Source of the DNA: Lama glama
Taxonomy: Eukaryota
DNA length: 64,000 bases
Direction of reading: 5' to 3'
NCBI GenBank assembly: GCA_028534125.1
Contig: CM052832.1
Coordinates: 18,230,001-18,294,000, forward strand
In this document: piece by piece, positions 49,366-62,363 of the stretch
Layout of the letters: each line of letters starts with the position of its first letter
Position numbering within the stretch: position 1 is the stretch's first letter
Notes under the pieces: generated by a model
Told to the model about the DNA's origin: nothing
Seen by the model: the letters and a program-made list of their open reading frames with translations, nothing else
Database searches by the model: none
Translations under genes and position numbers: made by a program

Positions 49366-52300
49366 CTGCAGAAAGAGTGAGCGAGAAGAGACACCTGGTC
49401 ACCTCTGGCATCTCAGGACACTCAGTGACTGGGAAGAAGGGGAGAGAAGCTGGTCTGAACCCATAAAGTTCCCTTCCTTCCTCCACAAGATAGCTGGAGA
49501 GATAAATATGTCCGCAAATGTCCTGAAGAACACCTCAGAGAGCTCCCAGGAGAGCTCAGAAACTTACCAGGGGGAGCTAATCCAGATTCCCTGAATCCAG
49601 AGGCCCCAGGTCCCTGGGAGCAGGGGTGGCTAATCATGAACCTCCAGCTCCCCACCCCACCCTCTCAAGCCCCTCTCATGCCACCTCACTATTATTATTT
49701 ATTTCATATTTCCCTCCTCTTCTAGAGAAGGACCTGAGAAGGTAGAGACTATGTTTGGCCATCTTTGTATCCTCACCATTTAGTGCTGTCAGACCCCGCT
49801 TGCAATGGATGCTCGATAATGTTGGCAGAATGAAGGGCTAAGGAAGGTCCTGTAGACAGCCTCCAGCCATGCCTCTCTGCCAACCTGAAGCCCCAGAGGG
49901 CTGTGTGGAGGGCTACTTGGCTAGAGATTTTTGGCCAATTGTAAAATCCCGGATCTAATCGATACCCATCTTTAACAAACAGTCCCAGATTCTCATAGCT
50001 TAGAAGCATCGTAAGGGAGAAACTTTATGTGTTCACTGATTCCTGGCCAATTCCAGGCCTGGCCCAGGAGAAACCTTCTGCATAATATTTCTACTCCATT
50101 TTCTGCTATTTTCTGACTGAATACAGAGTAGAGTGAGGCCCTAGGTTGACATAGAACAAAGCTCCCACATCCCCATATGATCTGTCCTGAACACTGAAGA
50201 GATGGAGAAATATACTTTTATTATGTTTACCTAATGGGATATTGAGGTCTTTTGTTACAACAGTTAGCCTGCCCTGACAAATACAAATCATGACCCAAAG
50301 TCAGCTCCCTGTATAGACTGTTTCTATGGACATTTCTTCTACGTGCTGGAAACTGAGCACTCTCATATAGTAAAACACAGGCCCTGCCCTGTCAAGGAAC
50401 TCAATCTTGAGACAAAGAAACAAATAATACCGCTTCAAAGAGAAAGTCTTTCAATTGCACCAATTACTTGAAATTACTGAGACTTCTTCATGTTCAGGAC
50501 AAGGGATCACAGTAGATCTATTCCAGACCTGCACCACAGGATGAGGGGAGGGAGCATAGCTGATGGGGCCAGACTCCCTGGACTTTTATCCCAGTGTCAC
50601 CACCTCCTGGATGTGTGATTTGAAGCAAGATTTTCTTTACCCTCTTTGTGGATAAATTTCTTCCATTGTAAATGGCCATGATAATAGCACACCTCTTAGG
50701 GCTGTGGAAGAATATACATTAAGCACTCAGACCTGCGCCTGGTGTATAGTAGTAGCTGCTTAAAAAATGTTAGCAACTTCCTTTTTTTTTTAATTTTATT
50801 TTAATGGAAGTGCTGGGTTTCACACATGCTAAGCACACACTCTACCACTGAGCTATTCCTCCACCCCTAATGTTAGTAATTTTAAAAGACCATTTACTCG
50901 ATTTTATTTATCCCTTATTTTTAGGGTTCTTCACTGGGGGAACTGGTTATAAAGTGGCACCTCTGCTCCGAGGGGAGAGCAGCTGAGGTGGACGGAGTCG
51001 CTAGATCTCCTCTAAGATGCACATTACCCACTACAGACTGAATGGCATTTGAATGAAGGCTTTCCCATTGTACTCTTAGGTCTATGATGCTGAAAATATT
51101 GAGGTGTAGGGAAACCCAAGACAGAAAGTGGATGAGGAGCACTTTAAGAAGGAAAAAAAAAAAAAAAGGTTTAAACTGCTGGAAAGAAAAAAAGGCCCAG
51201 ATGCTGAACAGAGATTGGGATAGCATTTGACCTGGAGGCCATGTGAATCTTCCCCGGGTTTCCGTACAGGTACCACCCAGCCAGGCCATTATTTGGAGCT
51301 AGGAGATGGAAAAAGACCAGTAAGATTTTTTTTTTTTTATAATGGAGTCCTGAGCCTGAGACCTTAAGAATTAAACAGTCACTCACCAGCATGGGACCGA
51401 GCTTTTCTCCAGTCTGCAATAGAAAACAGAGAGGTGAGCGCTCCCTGGCTGGAGTCATACATTGCTTCGCCCTTTCTGTGTTCTGGCTGCCTTCCCTCAT
51501 GTTCCTCACAAGGATGGTGTCCAGGCAGAGGGAAGTCAGATGAAATGTACTCTTCTATTTCCCCTTCCTGTTTCCTAAGTAAGGGCTTGGACGGCACTGG
51601 GAGCTCTTTATTCATCTCTCCTCTTTCCCCAAATTAGATGACTTTGTGCCTCAGTAGCTGAAAGGCACCAGCTGATGCAAATGCCTGTGAAGGCTGCCAT
51701 CACATGGAGCACAGCCCTGAAAACAGGACAGAACTATGCTGGATTCACTCTTCTGTTCATTGTGGTCATGGTTCACTCGTTCCCATGGTCAGGCGCCTGA
51801 CCTGGGAGAAGGTGATCCTGTCCTCTCTGGCATCTTTTCCAAGACCTCGTACACTGTCCTGCATGCAGTAAGATTGGCCAACAGCCTGGAAATCTGTCTC
51901 TTTTATCGCGTTCATCTCTGCAGGAAGCATCTATTTTTCATAGTTTCTATGTCACCTCTTGCTGTTATAAAGGACTCCTACATTTTTTGTCTTATACCTT
52001 TACCTGGGAAGCTGCTAGTGTATTCTGGGCACTATGGCTTATTGTCAATTAGCTCACGGCTCTTCTCTCTACCCCAATATGTTGTTATCCACGACTCATT
52101 AGCCAAGAAACTCAAAGCTGGTTAATTAACCATTCAATGTCCCTGTTTCTTCATCTGTAGGATAGAGATGTGACTAACATTTGCTACTGAAGTTATCTGG
52201 GTAGGACTTAGAATAGCACCTACAAAAATACTAAATCACTGTGCTGTATGCCTGAAACTAACACAATGTTATAAATCAACTCTACTCCAATTAAAAAGAT

Positions 52301-55300
52301 GTTTTTAATCTAAAAAAGGCATTTACAGTTATGCAAGGTCATCAAAAAAAGAAAAAGATACAGAGGAGCAAAAAGAATGCATTTCTAGAGCTGACCTGTT
52401 GTATGGGCTGCACACTTGGTTTCTACCTGCCTCCTCTGCATCTCTACTTTGATCACACATAGGCTCCTCATCTTAATGTATCCTGACTTCCGATTCTGTG
52501 CTACCTCCCCCCCTTGCCCCCACTGCCTGCTTCTCTCTCGGTTTCCCCGTCATGGTAATTGACAATTCTATCTTTACAGTTTCTTAGGACTAAGACCTTG
52601 GAGTCATCCTTGATCCACTCCTTTATTTATACCTCACATCGAAATCTATCAGCAAAGTCTTTCTACCCTTTAAAAAAAATAAATCCAGCACTGACCCCTT
52701 CTCACCACTTCCAGCACCCACCCTTGGTTTCCCTGCAGCAGCTCCCAGCTGGCCTTTAGGCTTCTATCCTGCTCCTCCTACCCTTCCCCCGAGCCTAGTC
52801 TCAGTTTAGCATCTAAAGTAACTTCTCAAAGCATAACTCAGGTTCTGTTCTTCCTCTGCTCAAAACCCATTGGTGGCTCCTTTCTCAGATGCAAAGCCAA
52901 TGCCAGCACGTTGACTTTCAAGGTCCTCCAAACCCCCTGATACTCCCTCCAGTTTTCCTGGTCACTCCCTGTCCTCTAGCTGCCCTGGCCCCTTTGTTAC
53001 TCTTCAAAGAAACCAATGAGCTTCTGCCTCTGGATTTTGGCACTGTGGTTCTCTCTACTTGAAATGCTTTTCCCTAGCTATTCCTGTGGCTTGCTTCCCT
53101 ACTTCATCATCACCCTATTTTATTTTATATTTTTTTATTGAAGTGTTTATGTACAAATATTAAAAGTTACAAGTGTACAAATCATTACCCTGTTTTAAAT
53201 TGCACCTTCCAGTGCAATATTCTCTTATCTCCCAGGCACATATCATCATGTGCCAAACTGTATATTCCACTATTTCTTTTTTTTTTTTTCTTTCTTCTTA
53301 CTCTAGAAGGTAGGTGCTTTGTGAATGGCGCATTCCTGTTGTGTTCATTTCTGTGCCCCTGGCACCTAAAAGAGTAATTGGCACATAGTTAATGGTCATG
53401 GATCTTTGTTGAGTTGGTAAATGAATGACTAACTGAATGACTAAATGAACTGAATAGAGAAGCCCTGAAGGAAACTGGAGAGTGATGGGTCCAGGATGAG
53501 AATGAGGGAACAGCCTCAGAAAGAAGAAAAGACATCTACTCTGTTGAAGTCAGAGCAAACAGGTCAGAAAGGGCAGGTGCAGGGCATGGGGCAGGAAGTT
53601 TGGCCCCTCCCTTCTAGTTTCTCTCTGAGATGGGGGTTGCTTCACCTTCAGAGTCGTGGGAAAAGGATGTGGTGATGAGGATCACAGCTAGTGTTCACTG
53701 AACTTAACTGCGTGCTGCCTTCTGTACTGGGTGTTCTCCATACTTTGATCTCATTTCCTAGCATCTGCTCAATATAGTAGTTGTAATTAAATCAATTTTG
53801 AGGTTGGAAAAATAGAATTTCAAAGTAGTTTAGGAGCCTGTCCTGGTTTGTCTGAATGAGTAGAATAAACAAGGTCAACCAGGTGTGGTGAACAGGCAGA
53901 GGAAAGGGGCACAGAAATAGATAGAAAACTGCGTGCTGTATTTGAGGCACCGCAGGTGGTGTGGTTAGACCAGTGTGGAGCTGGGCATGTCCGGGAATGT
54001 CCAGGGATCGGGCAGAAATAGGGCTGGACCATCAAGTGCTTGCAATGCAGAGATGAAAAGTGCATGGACTGAACTTCATCTAACTGCTGTAAAAACTTTG
54101 GTCAGACAAAAATCTTATTCCCAAATACATTGGGAAATATATCTTCAAACTCCTGAGGGAGCCAATTTAAAAACATTAGCATTAAAAGTTAAAATCTGTC
54201 ATTAAGGACTTCATTTGTTACTAATGCAATTATGAACTTATTTTGGAACCTGGAATCACTCAGCAATAATTGATTACGAGGATGTTAAACTGGTGATAGA
54301 GAATCCGCTTAGGTTGTGTTTGTTTAGATTAAAATCTATATTAAGACAATTTTTTTAAATTGAAAATTCTTTTAGAATTTACAAATGTCCATAGCCTTCC
54401 CCGCACCAATAAGAATGCAGAAGGTGATGGGAAGCCACAGAAGTTTTGGGAATTGAGAGGAATGCAATCAGACATCTGTTTTGGTGAGTTTACTCTGAAA
54501 CTCTAGACTATGGTCATGCTGTAAACTTTGCAGAAATAATGTTTTGTTTATGCTGGTTGTTTTCCAGATTTCTTGTCTGTTTCCTAATATTTATTTAAAC
54601 TGAAAGCCTTTTTTAGATTTTATTTTTTATTGAAGTGTAGTTGACTTACAGTGTTAGTTTCAGGTGTACAGTGAAGTGATTCAGTTGTACATATATATAC
54701 ATAGATATTTTCTTTACAGATTCTTTTCCATTATATGTTATGACAAGAAGTTGAATATAGTTCCCTGTGCTATACAGTAGGTCCTTGTTGTTTATCTCTT
54801 TTATATATAATAATGTGTATCTGTTAATCCCAAACTCCTAATTTATTCCTTCCCCGCACCCTTTCCCCTTTGGTAACCATAGTTGTAAACTGAAAGTCTT
54901 AAAATGAAAAGGGTAGCAGTAGCTCTTGTGAGGAATGGAAGCAGCCTACTGTTAAGAGAAGGGCCTTGGTAAATGAACTCCAGGAATCTGCGGTAAAAGA
55001 AGAAAGAAAAATTGAGGGAGGTAGTTTATGCCTGAGAAGAGGCCCTGGACTGAACAGTAAAAGGACTTGTCCTGAAGGGAGGAAAGAAAGGTGCCCACTT
55101 GGGCGGGTGGTGGCAGCATTACACAGCAGCAGGTAGAGGAGGAAGGGCAGTTTAACGGGAAAGGAGATGGAGTTCATTTTTTTTTTTAATTTTTTAACTT
55201 TTTTTTTCTTTTTTTAACAGAGGTACTGGGGATTGAACCCAGGACCTCCTGCATGCTGAGCATGCACGCTACCTCTGAGCTATGTTCCACCCCTACTGGA

Positions 55301-56797
55301 ATTCAGTGTTGGCCACAGGTTTGAATAACCTTTGAGGCATCCATGGTATGTGAACAGAGATATTGGGATTATAAGGGTTAAGTCCAGATTGTGTAAGAAT
55401 GATCAAGGCCTCAGGGGAAAGAATCAGGTTCATCTAAGTTACCTATTAAATGAAGCAGATAAAGTCTTAGAGGAAAAACAAAAATTCCAATTTACTCACC
55501 ATCCACCTTCTGGGCTTTCCTCCAGCCTGAAGTGGAGCAAAGAAACCTCATGAGATACATTGCACAAGGGAGGGTCTCAAGTCGTACATACAGGAGAGGG
55601 AAGCACAGAACTTACAGAGTTCTCTTTGGAGTTTTTCTGCAAAAGGACAAGAAATGAATCAGTACCATCCATAGGAAACAAGCCAGGTTCATATGGACAG
55701 GGCCTCTGGAAGCCCTCTTCCTGGCTTATGAGTGCAGTGAGTCCTGGGAGCTGTCCCAGAACTGGGGAAGCAAGGGCACAGTCAGGCACACAGCTTGAGG
55801 GGAGTAAAAGGATAGGGTTGGTGGTACTGAGGGAGGAAGGACTGCACGAAAAACCTCAAGTTCAAATCCCCTTGATCTGCTTTGTTCTTGCCCTCTCCCT
55901 TCTCTGTCTAATCCATAGTCTTCTTTGGATCCACTGCCTCGGTCTTCTAATTGCTTTACCTTTGGTCCAACATTCTCGCGCTTTCTCCCGGTGAAGTTTC
56001 CAGATAAAACCAAGAGCAGCCAGCAGGAGAAGCCCCAGAAGAAGCAAGAGTGAAGTCTGAGCAGCTGCCCAAGGGAAGTCCTTCAGGAAGAGAGCACCTG
56101 AGCCAGAAGTGCTGGGTGTTATTCCTGCAGAGAAAAGCAGGGAAGAGCCAAACACTGTGGTGCTGGAGCACACAGAGGATGCCTCGGGATTCTGTGGGGT
56201 TCCTGTTCCAGCCCAGTGGCAGAGGGGCCTGGCTGGGAGAGTGACCCCAGCTTTGCCCCGTTATCTTCCAAGAGATGGTTGGGAAAACAAGATACCGTGA
56301 AAGTCATCATGAAAATACATAAGTACTTAAGTAAAATAAATAAAACGGTTCTGGGACCCAGTATTAAATATTTGGACCATTAAAAAGTCTTTCACAAGTC
56401 TTCCCCTACAGTGTTGAGCAGAAAGCAGGGAGTGGTGCTTTACACAAGCAAATATTTGATAAACAGAGCATTTCCCAAGAAATCCTGCCTAATCAGTGCT
56501 TTAAAAAAACCAAGAGGAATTTCCAGAAATGATTCAGACCATTTGCAAAGGGGCTGAAACGAAGAGAGAGAGGACTACACACGAGCACAGCCCTTTAAAC
56601 AGCATCCTCACCTGCTTCCTTCTGTCCAGCAGTGTCTTCAGTGGAATCCCATTGTTGGGAAAATGGTGAGTGTTCAGGGCCTCTGACTTGGCATCTCCTG
56701 GTGGAGAAGCTACAGGCCTCCCCTCCATGGTGGTGATGAGTCCCGTCCTTGGCCAAGCACATGGCTGAAGAAGATGAGTCCTGCAGCTCTTGTACCT
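48848..56797 (-). CDS. BTN1A1-like butyrophilin paralogue without recognisable Ig exons; proposed exons 56797-56612, 56124-55960, 55636-55616, 55526-55500, 51413-51387, 49365-48848
   Basis: All GT-AG phase-1 junctions join in frame: ...ALFLKDFPWAAAQTSLLLLLGLLLLAALGFIWKLHREKARECWTK|EKLQREL|CWRKAQKVD|DWRKARSHA|AHVTLDPDTAYPEL...PLTICH*; TM-to-B30.2 part is well supported, 5' exons are tentative. Confidence 0.7.
50781..50868 (-). mobile_element. tRNA-derived SINE (Vic-1-like), internally deleted
   Basis: CTAAGCACACACTCTACCACTGAGCTAT; TSD AATGTTAG(C/T)AA. Confidence 0.75.
51387..55636 (-). CDS. Heptad mini-exons of the third BTN-like gene (55636-55616, 55526-55500, 51413-51387)
   Basis: 21/27/27 nt with strong polypyrimidine-AG acceptors and GTAAGT/GTGAGT donors; 89-nt intron between the first two, like the 88-nt one in BTN3. 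Confidence 0.85.
54611..54885 (-). mobile_element. LINE-1 3' fragment with 15-bp TSD
   Basis: TAAACTGAAAG(C/T)CTT at 54596-54610 and 54886-54900. Confidence 0.88.
55177..55293 (-). mobile_element. tRNA-derived SINE (Vic-1-like)
   Basis: GAGGTACTGGGGATTGAACCCAGGACCTC...CTGAGCTAT; TSD TGGA(G/A)TTCA. Confidence 0.85.
55960..56124 (-). CDS. Transmembrane exon of the third BTN-like gene
   Basis: Acceptor CTCTTCCCTGCTTTTCTCTGCAG (alternative in-frame AG at 56098); PW + hydrophobic helix + WKLHREK; donor AAG|GTAAAG. Confidence 0.8.
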
Positions 56798-59700
56798 CTG
56801 TGGGGGAGAGGGGACGGAGAGCTCACTGTCCTTCACACCTCGATTGGAAAATCAGGAGTCACTCCCTGCCCACTGAGCTGCTTACCAGCCAGTAAGAGGG
56901 AGAAGAGGTGGAGACAGGGATGAATAAAGGAAGGACACTGGACTAACCTAAAGTTGGGTCATGCCTCTCAGAGACAGAAATTTGGGGCTGTTTTGGCTTC
57001 TGCTCGATTCCCAGCACCTAAAACTGAGGGTTGGTAGATCTCCAGGTAAAATACGTTGCATTTTAACTTGCTAAATCGGGGTACTTTATACATAGGAGAC
57101 TCTCAGTAAATATTTGTGGGATGAATGAATGCTGTTTTCTGCTTGGAGCTTTAATAAGAAAACAGAGAATCCAAGCAAGGCTGCAGGCAGAGGGAAGCTG
57201 GCCTGGGGAGACAAGGGAAGCTGAGTTGAGCTGATAAGCAGAGAGCCCTGTCTGTTTGCTGTGAGCCAGATCCTGTGCTGAGCAGAGAGGTAGGATCAGA
57301 GGAGTAGAGAGAGGAGTCCGAGACAGCCTGGGCCTTTAAGGAGCCCAGTGACCTGACACTCACACTGTCCATCTCCCTTGTCCACACCTGCTGGCTGTCT
57401 CCCCACCGCCAATTCTCAGGCACTCACATTTTCTTCTGATTGACTTGGTCTTGGGATGACTTTGTGATTCAGACACTGGGCTGGGCCAAGGCTCCAGTCA
57501 GGACTCTCCACGGCTGGTCTCTCAGGCTGGAGCACCAGCAGAGGCCAGGGAGTACCCCTGGGCTGGGAGTTGCCATTGGCAGGGCTCCCCTGGGGACTCC
57601 ACTTAGATGTGGGTCTGGCCAGGGTGCCATGTCTCCACTCCTGCCCCCCGTGCTGTTACCAACTATGATGGGGGCGAACTCTGGACTGTGAACCCCATTT
57701 ACCTTACATTTATGATGTAAGATATTAATGCTTTCAGGGATAGGAGCCAGGTCTAGAGATCGGCCTACGTAGACAGACCTGGGTTGGCCAGTTTCACCAC
57801 AGCTCTGCTGAATTGGAACTCACACCGCCTGGCATGAGGCCTGTGAACTCAGTGGACCTGTTGGCAATATCTGCTGTGTTGCTGGAGTGAGAGAGAAGGT
57901 GACGTGGCTGGGGCACCTGGAAGTGGAGAACAAGATGGAGAAAAAGAATTTTATATTAAAACAAAACCAAAAAATAAAGCACAATGCAGGATACGTCTGA
58001 TGAATTCTTTTCACATCTTCAGCCCTACAGGGATTTGCCGGAAGGTAGGAGACAATGGGGACAAGGAGCTGGTACTAGGCAACAAGGCTGGTCTGGGATG
58101 GAATCGAAGAATGTACACTTTTCTTATTAGAAGAGAATTTTTGCGGGGGGCAGGTAGAATGGGTAATGCTATGGAAATGCAGCACCAAAGCAGGTAGAAC
58201 CCAGGAAGGCTACAGAGTAAAGGAGTCATCAACTCTTAATCCCCTCGGTCAGTGTCAGTGGGATAAATGCTTCCCTTCAAAATCTGAACCTCTCTCTGGC
58301 TATGGCAGCATTGAAGACCAATAGACCCAGATGCTGGTTGTAACCGTGCTCTTGACCAAGGAGCACAGACAGTCTTTTGGCTGAAAGTGTGAGAATTTCT
58401 AGGGTTACACAATCTGGATTCACGTTTGGCTCCACCGGCTTCACTAGCTGTGTGATCTTGGGCATAATATTCACCTCTTTAAGCCTCCTCTACAATATGG
58501 GTTGAATAGTAGTAATGGCTTCCTGGGAAGGCTGTGAGGATGGAACCAGGGTGTGCACGTGAAATGGAGCCTTGGGGGCAGTGATCGGTACAGAATGCTC
58601 AGTAAATATTAGTTATGGCCCTATTAACTCTTACTCCAATTTACCCAATATTGTGGTTATTTATTAACATCTAGCTAGCCCTCTAGACAGCAGATCCTTG
58701 AAAAGAGATGTCTAGGCTTGTTTATCTTAATATGTACTTATCTCCCCCTCCCCCACCACAGTCTACTCCGTACTTTTTTCCAGTCTGTTGACCTCTTCTA
58801 GTGCTGATTCAGCCATCTTTGCAGTCTGGCTTCTGGTGGGGACCTACCAAGAACAGCAAAAGATCCAAAGGGTGGAAGGACAGAGACTCCAGGATGTCTA
58901 TGCCCCTAGCTCCATCCCTACTGGGTAGCAGGTGACAGTGGCTGCCATCTTGCTCCAGAGCCCCTGCTCTGTCGGGACACTTTTCTATGGCTACAAATCT
59001 CACCTGCTTTGAAAATACTCTCCCCTTGCTCCTTCAGACCCATTGGTGATAGCTCCTGCTGTAGTCCCAGAGCAAGTCACCCTGGAACTCCACTACTCCT
59101 ATCAACCCAAACATTTTAGAGCCTAGGTTTTCTCAAATTCATAATATCCCTGATCTCATCTGGTTCCCTGCCCTTTCTCCTTATCCCTTTACAGAATACT
59201 GTTGAGGCTAAGATGCTTTAATTGATGTATCCAAGGTCATAGCTAACTGGTTTTCTGATTTTTAGTCTAGTGATCTTTTCCTGCTTGACTCTGAGAGTCT
59301 GAGAGTCTTCCTAGAGGGAAAGTCCTGCTTCCCAAGTATTTGGAGACCAGAATTGGCACTGATGCATTTGCATCAGGCAGAGAGGTCTCCTGCTCAAGGA
59401 ATTATTCCATGCATAGAAAATGAAAGCAGTCCCTGGTGCTGCAAAGGCAGGGGCCTGGACGGGACCGGCGACCTCTGGGCACAGGAAAGGAGTGCACTGA
59501 AATGGACTGGAGAGCTGGGGTCGGCAGAGAAGGTGGAGGGCAGGGCTGCCGTCTCACTTCTGGTGAGACTTCTTGTTGTGGGCAACACCCCTTACACTTG
59601 TTGGTAGTCTCCTCCTTGCTTGTCCCGTTCCAGCCCTTCTAGTCTACCACTCTCCTCCCTCCCCTTCCTCCTGACTCTCCCCTCTCCCTTTCCTCCTCTC

Positions 59701-62363
59701 CCTCGTCCCTCCCTCTTCCTCTTCTAGGCTCCTGTCCCTTCCCCAGCTTCTTCCACCGCCTCCGCCTCCTTTTCCCTCTGATAATAATCTTTAGGCTTTT
59801 CTGTCCCCCGGTGGCCAATGTGCGTCACTGCAGGTGCCTGGGAAACAACCTCCATCTCTCAACCGGTATGAAAGGAGTGGGGAGTAAACAAACAGCCAAG
59901 CTAAGGGCTGTGCAGTGCAGAATCCCAAGAACTGAAATACGTGGGGTTTTGACTCAGGAGTTACATCTGTAGGTCTATTTTTACACCAACTGAGGTTTAT
60001 TTCAGTCCCCAGCCCTTTTCTGCTTAATGGCAGGACCTTGATCGTAACCAAATCGGGCTACACCTAAGCTGACTTAGTCCATTCAGGACTTTATCGAGTA
60101 ATTTGGGGGCTCTTCATTTTCTCGGAATTGTATCTCAGTCTGAGGGCGAAGGGAAGACCTCTGTCTTGTCCAGGTACCAGTAAGAAGTCGCCTGCTGGCA
60201 TCTGCCCACTTGGGATCTGCCTCTACATCCTTGTACACTGGTTTCTCAGCGTGGAACCCTATAAATACCCACTTTTCCCCTCTGCATCCTTAAAGGAAAG
60301 ATGATAAAATGGTCACACTTAGGCTAACAAATTCTTGGCTTTATGCTTTCTGCTTGCTTTTAGAATGGTCAGCAAACCTGACTGACCGGACACTGTTGCC
60401 AGCCTCAGGCCCATGTGAAAGCTAAGGTTGTTGACTTTGCTGTTTTTGCTTTGCTCTGGCAACTAAAATTTATAGTCATGTTTTCTGAGTCATTCTTCAG
60501 GTAGAGAGTCATGGAATGATAAATTCAGGAGAATGGCCTCACCCTTCAGAGTTCCTCCGTGGTGCTAGATGAGTCTAAGCAGATAATAGAAGGTCATGGG
60601 CTGATGACCTTCCAGATCACTGGAAGGTCCCATGATGCCAGACTCATCAAGATTTAGAAGGAAGTTTCATCAGAGATCCTTGTTGATTGTTATCACCTTT
60701 TATGTTCCAACCCCTTTGTCTATAGAATCACTAAGCCCCAATCCCAAGATGGGTTCACAGTTTTGAAGGTATTAGCCTGCTGTGAGTTGCCTTTGCCCAG
60801 CAAAGCAATAATCTGCCTCTGTTCTTCTAAACTCTAGGACCATATCTCTGTGTTATTTGGCTTGTCAGGGACATGGGCTGATCCTTTGGCAACATCCTGT
60901 CAAGGTGTCTTGGGGCCTCTGTGTCTCTTGGCCACACTAACACACAGCAGGATCTGGAAACCTGCGACACTTCTTTTCCACCCTGTGGTTCTGCCTCAAA
61001 CCTTCCGGAATCTGGGTTCTACTAGGTTCATTCCCTACATTTCGGTTCTAATGTAATCTCAACCTTTTTTTTTTTTTAAACTGTGAAACCCTTCTAAGTA
61101 TACATAAATTCATTTAGAGCATATTACATATATAAACTCAAAACAATCCTGTAAAATAGGTACTGCTATTGTTATTCCCACTTTATAGGTCAAGAAAACA
61201 TAAAGTTCAACTTTCTGATAACATCAAATTCTCTGGCAGCATCACACCTGTGGACTCGTTCCTTTCTGTAAGCAGCTGCAGATCTTCCTAAACCCTTGGT
61301 GGTTTATTTTCTGAAAGCCCTGTTCATCTCACCTACTAGGGCTACCGGCTTCCAATACATTCCTCATCCAAGCCCCCTAATCTATTTCCAAGATACCATG
61401 GAATGACTGCAAGCGAATATCCGCAGATAACCTACCAGGAGTACTCCACTTTCTACGAGGTCAAACACATGCTCCTTCCATCCAGTACTTATGATCCCTT
61501 ACAATCCCAACCCAAATTCATTTTTCAACATTAAGAAAGGGAAACCTTAATTTTCAGAGAAAGGAGCATCTGTTTTACAGTATTGGATCATTTTTTTTTT
61601 TTAGAATGTCTTTTTTCTAGGGGTTCAAAGCAACCTCTCCACTATTTGGATCTTGGTAAAAATGTCTTTGGGATTGGAAACCTGAGCGTGCAGTTTCCCC
61701 AGACAGGCGTTTTAAGTAGCCAAACCACGGTGCCAGACTCATCTACTTCCTCCGGCCAAAAAGATTTCTTTCTCTTCTCAGGGGCCGTTTCAGATCCGCT
61801 TGTCAGATTCGGAAGAAGTCTAGCAGTATGAAATCGATGATTTCAACTAAGGACAAGAGAGTGCAAGGAGATGCTGTTATCTCGCAGATGAGATGCACAC
61901 CGTTAAACTGGCCCGCCCCGCGTCAATTCACTTCACAGAGACACTACTATGTAATGAGAATCTACCGTCAACGTTGGAAACAAATTCAAAATTCTGGTCA
62001 GGGTCTTTGATTAGGAGGAGGAAGGACATTCATTATCACTTTTACTCTACCCGGAAGCGCCTGACTTCATAGACTGAACGTCTATTATTTCTAAAAAGCC
62101 CGAAACAACAAAACTCCCGCAAACGTCTGGTTTTGACGTATATAGAGAAAACTAGGTAAGAAAAGAAATGAAATTGAATAGGAAGCAATGAAAATCGAAG
62201 CAATTCGGAGGCAGAGAGAATCAGGATGTGACTGGATGGACAGCGTTTTGATCCAGGAGGCAATCAGGCATTATTTTGTAACCAGCTGCGTGGTCTTCTC
62301 TGAGTATGGACAATTAATGCTATAGATCAGGTTGACAGGTAGAGAAGCTTAGGACCCTCACAG

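Noticed and set aside
49568..49590. Possible extra mini-exon with strong donor CTG|GTAAGT before the third B30.2 exon
   Set aside because: 23 nt (frameshifting), no polypyrimidine tract and no BTN-like peptide
48842..49594. 250-aa plus-strand ORF (and similar ORFs at 19022-19489 and 33086-33373)
   Set aside because: Antisense shadows of B30.2 exons; no independent coding features
56612..56728. Perfect-Kozak ACCACCATGG start in the 186-nt exon
   Set aside because: That frame ends in phase 0 and hits a stop soon after either TM-exon acceptor (GAA TAA or GTG CTC TCT TCC TGA)
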